DNA of 64,000 bases, taken from contig CAXXXD010000003.1 in NCBI GenBank assembly GCA_963663385.2, forward strand, positions 1,120,001 through 1,184,000. The letters run 5' to 3'. The stretch is from Oceanispirochaeta sp. (GTDB lineage: Bacteria; Spirochaetota; Spirochaetia; DSM-2461). A program made the translations under genes and the position numbers. A model generated the notes under the pieces. It saw only the letters and a program-made list of their open reading frames with translations, did no database searches and had not been told where the DNA came from. Numbering within the stretch: position 1 is the first letter of the stretch; every line of letters begins with the position of its first letter. Below, piece by piece: positions 57,582-64,000 of the stretch.

Positions 57582-59903
57582 ATGAGTGATATGCGCCAGT
57601 ACCTTGATGATTTGCGTAGAAGCAGATCTTTTAATGAGAATGTAACACGCTGGGAAGTTCTCCCGCCCCGAAAGGGTCAATATCGTTCCCTGCCGGAAGA
57701 TCTGCCTGATGTTGTAAAGAAATCTCTGGAGAATAAAGGTATCAACCGGCTCTATTGTCATCAGGCTGATTGTTATGAAGCGGCAGGAAGGGGTGAAAAC
57801 CTCTGTGTCGTCACTCCCACCGCATCTGGTAAAACCCTCTGTTACAATCTGCCCGTTTTGAAAACACTGCTGGAGGATTCCGAATCACGGGCTCTTTATC
57901 TGTTTCCCACAAAAGCACTGAGCCAGGACCAGCAGTCTGCTCTGAACGATATTGTACTGGGTGATGATATTCCCGTAAAAATCTGTACTTACGACGGGGA
58001 TACGCCGGGGTCCCTCCGCATGGCCGCCAGAAAATCCGGGAGGATTATTATTTCCAATCCGGATATGCTCCATTCGGGCATACTTCCCAATCATCCCAAG
58101 TGGACTGATTTCTTTAAGTCCCTGAAATTCATCGTACTGGATGAAGTCCACACATACCGTGGCGTTTTCGGTTCCCATATGACAAACCTGCTGCGGCGAC
58201 TGAAAAGGATCGCCGCCTTTTATGGAAGCGATCCCCAGTTCATCTGCTGCAGCGCCACCATCGGAAATCCGGGAGAACTGGCTCAGGCTATTATTGAAAA
58301 ACCTGTAACCCTGGTGGACAGAAACGGGGCGCCTTCGGGAGAGAAGCATCTTATTTTCTATAACCCCCCTCTGGTGGATGAAGTGCAGGGGATTCGCAAA
58401 GGGGTTGTCAACACATCTCAGCAGCTGGCTGTGAGACTTCTGAAAGCGGGTATAAAAACAATTGTATTTTCCCGTTCCCGGGTAAAAACGGAGCTGGTGG
58501 CATCCTATATCAATAAAAAGCTGAGCAATATCTACAACGAGAACAACCGTGTAAAAGTCGAGTCCTACCGCGGGGGGTATCTGCCGGGAGAAAGACGGAA
58601 AATAGAAAAAGAACTCCGTGATGGAACCATTCAGGGTGTTGTTTCCACCAATGCTCTGGAACTTGGGATTGATATCGGAGGGCTTGATGCTGCTGTACTG
58701 GCGGGGTTCCCCGGTTCCATAGCTTCATCCTGGCAGCAGGCCGGACGGGCGGGACGAACAAGCGAACTGTCTCTGGCCATATTCGTGGCCTCCAGTTCTC
58801 CTGTCGACCAGTATCTTGTTCAGAATCCTGAATATTTTTTCGGGGCCAACCCCGAATCGGGCTTTGTAGATCCGGATAACCTCTTTATTCTGCTGGATCA
58901 TCTGAAGTGCGCTTCATTTGAAATCCCCTTCCGGAAAGGGGAAGGCTTCCCGGGTGATGTAAGCTCTTTGCTGGGGTATCTTGAAGAGAATGGGGTCCTG
59001 CGTTTTACAGGGAACAGCTGGTACTGGGCGGACCGGTCCTATCCTTCAGAGGGTATATCCCTGCGAACCGGTGCTTCTGAAAATGTAGTTATAATTGATA
59101 CCACCAAAGGACGTCACAATGTTATCGGGGAAATGGACAGTCATTCCGCCCGGGAACTTATTTTCGAGGAGGCTGTTTATCTGCACAGGGGAGAGCAGTT
59201 TATCGTAAAGAAACTGGATCTGGAGAATCATCTCTGTTATATAGAGGAGTCGGGGGTAAACTACTATACCGATTCCATTCTTAAATCGGATATCAAGGTT
59301 CTGGAAGAGGATGGGGAGAGCGATAAATGGGGGCAGACCCTGATTCATTGCGATATCCTTCTGCGGAATGAAGTGTCCAAGTACAAAAAAATTAAATTTC
59401 AGACCCATGAGAACATCGGTTACGGTGATATATTTCTGCCGGAAGAAGAGATGCATACCAGGAGCGTATTTTTATCCCTGAAGCCGGGGACTCCAGCCGG
59501 GGATGCTTTTGCCATGATTCCCGATCTAATGCAGGCTCCGGTTCTTTCCAGGGTCTCCACGCTTATCAGGAATACGGCACCACTTTTCCTTCTATGCCGT
59601 CCAACGGATATCGGTGTTTCCGGTCGTGTACGGGATCCCCATTTTGAATGTTCCGGAGTGTTTATTTACGATACCTATCCGGGAGGGATAGGATTGGCTG
59701 ATAATTTTACGGAAAAAATGAAAGAGATTTTCAGGGCCGGTCTGGATCTGGTTACAGACTGTTCCTGCCGGGAAGGCTGTCCCTCCTGCGTCGGACCGGT
59801 TGATCAGCAGGATCAGTTTGATGCCAATCCCAGAATAATGACCAGGGATTTTTTGAGGATATGGCTGGAATCTGTTTCGAACGGGATTCCGGAGGAGCGA
59901 TGA
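57582..59903 (+). CDS. DEAH helicase with C-terminal DUF1998 (MrfA/YprA/Hrq1-like)
   Basis: TPTASGKT, PTKALSQDQ, DEVH, SATIGNP, QQAGRAGR, YD..PGGIG, C-terminal CSCREGCPSC. Confidence 0.92.
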   Translation: MSDMRQYLDDLRRSRSFNENVTRWEVLPPRKGQYRSLPEDLPDVVKKSLENKGINRLYCHQADCYEAAGRGENLCVVTPTASGKTLCYNLPVLKTLLEDSESRALYLFPTKALSQDQQSALNDIVLGDDIPVKICTYDGDTPGSLRMAARKSGRIIISNPDMLHSGILPNHPKWTDFFKSLKFIVLDEVHTYRGVFGSHMTNLLRRLKRIAAFYGSDPQFICCSATIGNPGELAQAIIEKPVTLVDRNGAPSGEKHLIFYNPPLVDEVQGIRKGVVNTSQQLAVRLLKAGIKTIVFSRSRVKTELVASYINKKLSNIYNENNRVKVESYRGGYLPGERRKIEKELRDGTIQGVVSTNALELGIDIGGLDAAVLAGFPGSIASSWQQAGRAGRTSELSLAIFVASSSPVDQYLVQNPEYFFGANPESGFVDPDNLFILLDHLKCASFEIPFRKGEGFPGDVSSLLGYLEENGVLRFTGNSWYWADRSYPSEGISLRTGASENVVIIDTTKGRHNVIGEMDSHSARELIFEEAVYLHRGEQFIVKKLDLENHLCYIEESGVNYYTDSILKSDIKVLEEDGESDKWGQTLIHCDILLRNEVSKYKKIKFQTHENIGYGDIFLPEEEMHTRSVFLSLKPGTPAGDAFAMIPDLMQAPVLSRVSTLIRNTAPLFLLCRPTDIGVSGRVRDPHFECSGVFIYDTYPGGIGLADNFTEKMKEIFRAGLDLVTDCSCREGCPSCVGPVDQQDQFDANPRIMTRDFLRIWLESVSNGIPEER

Positions 59904-61051
59904 AACCGGATCTTTCTGCCAGGCTGAGCCGGCTGAAGAAAGGGAAAGCGCTTAATAGCAAAATGCTCCCAGTTTGCAAAGAGGACAGGACGACGAGTGA
60001 TATTCCCATCCCTGAAGGGTGGGAAGCTCTTGACCGGGATGTCTGGAAAAAAGAGTTATGGAGCGTTAACCCTCTGGCCGGGATGAAACTGTCCGGCTTA
60101 ATGGCGCCCTGTGATATCCCCATGGAGGACTGGCTTTTTTATGATACGGAAACGACAGGTCTTTCAGGAGGAGCGGGGAATACAGCCTTCCTGGTCGGTC
60201 TGGGGCGTGTCCGGGGAAATGAGTTTCTGACAACACAATATTTCCTGCGAGACTATCCGGGAGAACCCGTTCTGCTGGAACTGCTGAAAAGAGAACTGGA
60301 TAAGGCCGGTCTGTTTATTTCCTATAATGGTAAAACCTACGACAGTCACCTTCTGCAGACCCGTTTCCTGATGAATCGAATGCCCTTTCGTTTCGGGCCC
60401 CAGCTGGATCTTCTCTATCCGGTCAGACGTCTTTACAGAAGGACCCTGCCGGATTGCCGTCTGGGTACGACCGAAACTTTTTTATTGAACAAGCCCCGGC
60501 AGGGGGATATCCCCGGGAGTGAAATACCCGATATCTGGTTTAATTTTCTGAAAGATGGAAATGCTGATCTTCTATTGAAGGTATTCGAGCACAACAGACT
60601 GGATATTGTCCGTATGGCGGATCTTCTGGCTGTTCTGGAAGAGCAGCTGAGCTATCCGGATAGACAATGTCCCTACCGTGATCTCTTTGCCCTGGGGCGC
60701 TTTCTGCTGGAACAGGGTAGTCCTATGGGAGAGTCCGTAATGGAGCAGGCCCTGCGGAAGGGAGATCCCCGGGCGGAAACCTATCTTTCGGTCTACTGGA
60801 AACGAAAAGGAGAGTGGGGTAAAGCAGTAAAAATCTGGCGGAATATTTTACAGAAACGTCCGGGCTATTTTGCCGGGGTGGAACTGGCTAAATACCTTGA
60901 ACACAGGGATAAATCCCCAGAAGAAGCCCTTGTCCTGGTAGAGTATATGATCCGCAATCTTCCCTTGAGGGATCCTGCCAAAAAATCAGAGCTTCAGCAC
61001 CGGCGCAGGCGGCTTATTGAAAAAACACGAAAAGGGTACGAAAATAGGTAA
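59900..61051 (+). CDS. YprB/MrfB-like RNase H-fold exonuclease with TPR tail
   Basis: YDTETTGLSGGAG, SYNGKTYD, DLL, DIPGSEIP, HNRLD; ELAKYLEH TPR; ATGA-coupled to the helicase. Confidence 0.88.
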   Translation: MKPDLSARLSRLKKGKALNSKMLPVCKEDRTTSDIPIPEGWEALDRDVWKKELWSVNPLAGMKLSGLMAPCDIPMEDWLFYDTETTGLSGGAGNTAFLVGLGRVRGNEFLTTQYFLRDYPGEPVLLELLKRELDKAGLFISYNGKTYDSHLLQTRFLMNRMPFRFGPQLDLLYPVRRLYRRTLPDCRLGTTETFLLNKPRQGDIPGSEIPDIWFNFLKDGNADLLLKVFEHNRLDIVRMADLLAVLEEQLSYPDRQCPYRDLFALGRFLLEQGSPMGESVMEQALRKGDPRAETYLSVYWKRKGEWGKAVKIWRNILQKRPGYFAGVELAKYLEHRDKSPEEALVLVEYMIRNLPLRDPAKKSELQHRRRRLIEKTRKGYENR

Positions 61052-61464
61052 TGAATATGAAAAAGAAACCTGCCGTCTCATGGTTTACTATATTATGTCT
61101 CATCCTGCCCGTATTATTTACAGGCTGTCACCCGAAAAAACCTTCTAATATAACTCGGGAAAAGAATCTGCCTTACGAACTGGAGATGATTATTCCGGCG
61201 GAAGAGATGGAGGAAACCCTGGATGTAACGGCTCTGGTATCTGATCTGAAGGAGCAGGTGTCGGCTCTGGAAAAAGGTCTGAAAGGCGAAGATACACAAT
61301 TTATGAAAACAATTGATCCCTTACGGCAGTCCCTGAAGGATCTGGATGCCACATTGAAAGGTCTGGATCCTGTACTGAACGAGACTCGAGGCATGATAAA
61401 GGATGTACAGAATCAGATAGACAGGATCAGCAATCAGTTTAAAGAGGAATTTTCGGAAGAGTGA
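61051..61464 (+). CDS. Hypothetical coiled-coil lipoprotein
   Basis: LFTGC lipobox; heptad-rich C-half. Confidence 0.65.
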   Translation: MNMKKKPAVSWFTILCLILPVLFTGCHPKKPSNITREKNLPYELEMIIPAEEMEETLDVTALVSDLKEQVSALEKGLKGEDTQFMKTIDPLRQSLKDLDATLKGLDPVLNETRGMIKDVQNQIDRISNQFKEEFSEE

Positions 61465-62225
61465 GATTCCCACCGGCTGATCATTCTTTTCCAGCGGGGA
61501 TGGTTTTCAAGACATTCAAAAAGACCGCTTTCGATCATACCCTCCCTGGGAATGGTCGCCCATTGTCTGCACTGGATTATTTCGAGGATATCAAGAGACT
61601 CTTCCGGGTGTCCCTGTGCCGCCAGGATTGATGCATAGGGAAAGGCGCTTACCCGCGGATCCAGTACCCAGGCTTTTTTAAAGAGGGATAACACCTTTTG
61701 GGGATGCTCTTCTCCTACCCACCAGACATAGCCCCTGTCTATACAGGAAAGGGCCAGGGCTGTCTTATCCCGCTTGTCTCTGGGTTTCTGCCTCTCTTTT
61801 TCAAGAATTGACATGGCCTCAATTAAAATACCGGCATGTTTAAGCCTAACTTTCTCAAGATTACTTTCAAACTGCTTCATAACAGGTTCGTTTCTTTCGT
61901 TGCGGGCAATCCCGACAGCAGACTCTCCCCTGTCGCTGGTGCTGTGAATCCGGACGTTATGGTCCAGGAGAAAAGCTATAGCCTCTTTACTACTGTAGTA
62001 GGACGCATGCATAAGAGGAGTCCAGCTCTCATTATCCCGTCCGTTTATATCTGCTCCGGATTTTAGGGCCTGATCAATAAGGGGTATGGAATTTGTCTGA
62101 CAGCCCAGAATCAGCAGGGTAAAGGGGGCAATCCCTTTTCTGATCATTCTGTTCACTTCGCCTTCGGGCATTTCCCTGCAGGCATCACGAATTTTCTCCT
62201 TCATGTTTTCTGTTAAAGAAAGCAC
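61434..62225 (-). CDS. Ankyrin-repeat protein with helical/TPR-like C-terminus
   Basis: GADINGRDNESWTPLMHAS, GESAVGIA; SD GGGGAGG. Confidence 0.75.
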   Translation of the reverse strand: MLSLTENMKEKIRDACREMPEGEVNRMIRKGIAPFTLLILGCQTNSIPLIDQALKSGADINGRDNESWTPLMHASYYSSKEAIAFLLDHNVRIHSTSDRGESAVGIARNERNEPVMKQFESNLEKVRLKHAGILIEAMSILEKERQKPRDKRDKTALALSCIDRGYVWWVGEEHPQKVLSLFKKAWVLDPRVSAFPYASILAAQGHPEESLDILEIIQCRQWATIPREGMIESGLFECLENHPRWKRMISRWESHSSENSSLN

Positions 62226-62264
62226 ATATCCTCCCCGTGTTTCAGGATCATAACAGAGGTGATC

Positions 62265-62771
62265 TTAATTGTCGAGCTTGGGTAAAATCACTTTCAGCAT
62301 ATTTTCTATGGATTTAAAAGCAAATCGACCAAGAGGGACGCTGTTTTTTTGAACCAGCTCTATAGCGTCTATTTCATCTTCCTGTCTGATAAAATCCTCC
62401 GAGTCACATCGGGCTGTAAATAACAGATCGCAGGTTTTATAGGTGATCCCTTTGTAGGGGTAGGTATTGGGGTGGCTTGTCAGGTATGCAAGATCCCGGA
62501 TTTCCACACCGATTTCTTCCCTGATTTCCCTTCGGCAGGCGTCTTCTGCCGTCTCGTCCGGATCGATGAAACCACCGGGCAGGTCCCAAAGCCCTTTTCC
62601 GGGTTCCCTTCCTCTTTTCAGCAGAATGTACCGGTCTCCGCATTCGATCAGAACGGCAACGGCAGCAGCCGTATTATGGTAAATCTGAAAACCGCAGTTT
62701 TCACACATAATCTTTTTTTCATTAAGAAAGAGGGGCGCCGGTGCGGCACAATGGGGACAAAATCTGAACAT
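62265..62771 (-). CDS. Zinc-ribbon NUDIX hydrolase
   Basis: FCPHCA...CENCG, REPGKGLWDLPGGFIDPDETAEDACRREIREEIG; SD GGAGG. Confidence 0.9.
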   Translation of the reverse strand: MFRFCPHCAAPAPLFLNEKKIMCENCGFQIYHNTAAAVAVLIECGDRYILLKRGREPGKGLWDLPGGFIDPDETAEDACRREIREEIGVEIRDLAYLTSHPNTYPYKGITYKTCDLLFTARCDSEDFIRQEDEIDAIELVQKNSVPLGRFAFKSIENMLKVILPKLDN

Positions 62772-62819
62772 GAGAACTATCCTCCGTGACATATTTTCAA
62801 CAATGGATATAATTGAAGC

Positions 62820-63386
62820 ATGAACAGTATATGTGTTTTCTGCGGATCAAGCAGTGGGTTTGATGAGATTTATGCGAAAAAAGCTCTTATTTTAAGCCGT
62901 GAGATGGTAAAAAGAGGAATCCGCCTGGTTTACGGCGGAGGAAATGTCGGGTTGATGGGACTTTTAGCCACAACCGTTCTGGAAGAAGGCGGTAAAGTAA
63001 CGGGGATTATTCCGGAGGCGATTCATGCAATGGTTCCCTCTCTCCCGGGTGTAGAAACCATTGTGGTAGACAGTATGCATACAAGAAAACAGGCCATGCA
63101 TGACCGTTCAGACGGCTTTATTGCCCTTCCGGGAGGCATCGGTACTTTTGAGGAGCTTCTGGAAGCTTTTACATGGTCCCAGTTGGGGTTTCATCAGAAA
63201 CCGGTTGCCATTCTGAATACCAAATCCTACTATTCATCCCTTATAATGCAGCTCAATCATTCTGTAGATCAGGGATTTATGAAAGAGTCTCATAAAAACT
63301 CTCTTATCGTGGAAAAAGATCCGGCTGTTCTTCTGGACAGGATGAGCCGCTATATACCCCTTGTGGAAGATAAATGGGTCAAATAG
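62820..63386 (+). CDS. LOG family protein
   Basis: ICVFCGS, LVYGGGNVGLMG, MHTRK, LPGGIGTFEE. Confidence 0.93.
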   Translation: MNSICVFCGSSSGFDEIYAKKALILSREMVKRGIRLVYGGGNVGLMGLLATTVLEEGGKVTGIIPEAIHAMVPSLPGVETIVVDSMHTRKQAMHDRSDGFIALPGGIGTFEELLEAFTWSQLGFHQKPVAILNTKSYYSSLIMQLNHSVDQGFMKESHKNSLIVEKDPAVLLDRMSRYIPLVEDKWVK

Positions 63387-63388
63387 GT

Positions 63389-64000
63389 TCAGCACCGGCC
63401 TGTCAGCAAACTTACGGGAATCCCTCCGTTTTTAAAGAGATACTTTTTCTCCCAATGCAGCCCCAGTGCTTTTTCAGCATCCAGACCGGGTATTATAATG
63501 CCCCATCTGACCGATTTGTAATCCCTTTGAATCTTTGATCCTATCTGCCGGAAAAAGGCCAGTCGGTCCTTCAATTCCAGACGCATCCCATAGGGAGGGT
63601 TCAGAATCAGAAGGGCTCTGTCCCGCTCCTGTCCTTTAACAGGACAGGGCGATTTGAAAAAATCATACTGATTGAAACACTGTGAAATTTCAAGTCCCGT
63701 TTCTGACAGGAGCTTCCAGTTTGCTTCCGCCGCTTTTAAAGAGTCAGCGTTGATATCTGATGCAAAAATCTTACACGGTTCTGACAAAGCCTCTTCTGCC
63801 TTCCTTACTATCCAGTCATAACGGGCCGGGCGGAAGGAAGGCCATAATTCAAAGGGAAAACGCCTGTTTTTGCCGGCGGGCAGACCGGCTGTGATAGATG
63901 CAGCTTCCAAAGTGAAAGTCCCGCTGCCGCACATGGGATCAATAAGGATAGAGTTCTCTGTCAAACCGGCTGCCATAAGAAGGGCCGCAGCCAGAGTTTC
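63389..64000 (-). CDS. RlmL/YpsC-like RNA methyltransferase (3' part; starts outside window)
   Basis: ETLAAALL, DPMCGSGT, SDIN, NPPYG. Confidence 0.85.
   Translation of the reverse strand, partial: ETLAAALLMAAGLTENSILIDPMCGSGTFTLEAASITAGLPAGKNRRFPFELWPSFRPARYDWIVRKAEEALSEPCKIFASDINADSLKAAEANWKLLSETGLEISQCFNQYDFFKSPCPVKGQERDRALLILNPPYGMRLELKDRLAFFRQIGSKIQRDYKSVRWGIIIPGLDAEKALGLHWEKKYLFKNGGIPVSLLTGRC

Noticed and set aside
57582..59903. DUF1998 helicase as a DISARM/Druantia defence component
   Set aside because: Its partner is a YprB-like exonuclease (MrfAB layout); no methylase or other defence genes are adjacent.
1..64000. CRISPR arrays, tRNA/rRNA genes, IS elements, prophage
   Set aside because: No regularly spaced repeats, cloverleaf or rRNA signatures, transposases or phage genes were seen; intergenic gaps are short.

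Overview
Gene-dense chromosomal segment of a spirochaete, inferred from a FlaB-type flagellin, the rpsB-tsf-frr-uppS-cdsA-dxr-rseP order without pyrH, and many spirochaetal lipoproteins. Housekeeping genes include rpsB, tsf, frr, uppS, cdsA, dxr, rseP, maf, dinB, hrpA, aconitase, sppA, NfeD/SPFH, an ftsI-like PBP, lepB, secA and glgC. No rRNA, tRNA, CRISPR array, integrase or transposase was seen. The best candidate for an undescribed system is a seven-gene, fully translationally coupled envelope operon (32.1-43.7 kb): lipoprotein, TolC, membrane-fusion protein, two multi-Ig-domain lipoproteins and two shortened, divergent RND subunits. It sits beside an AT-rich clostripain-like lipoprotein. 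Other notable signals are a membrane-anchored LuxR regulator with a tandem palindromic operator, an unannotated 43-aa ORF behind two DnaA-box-like repeats, and a 23-aa ORF ending in a terminator. The window also shows many apparently leaderless genes (including secA and dinB), a candidate dinB operator, a Crp/Fnr-yjjI-yjjW glycyl-radical locus, an MrfAB-like repair pair, two gene remnants (GNAT toxin, MocR) and REP-like repeats. All functional calls come from reading motifs by eye; no database searches were run.
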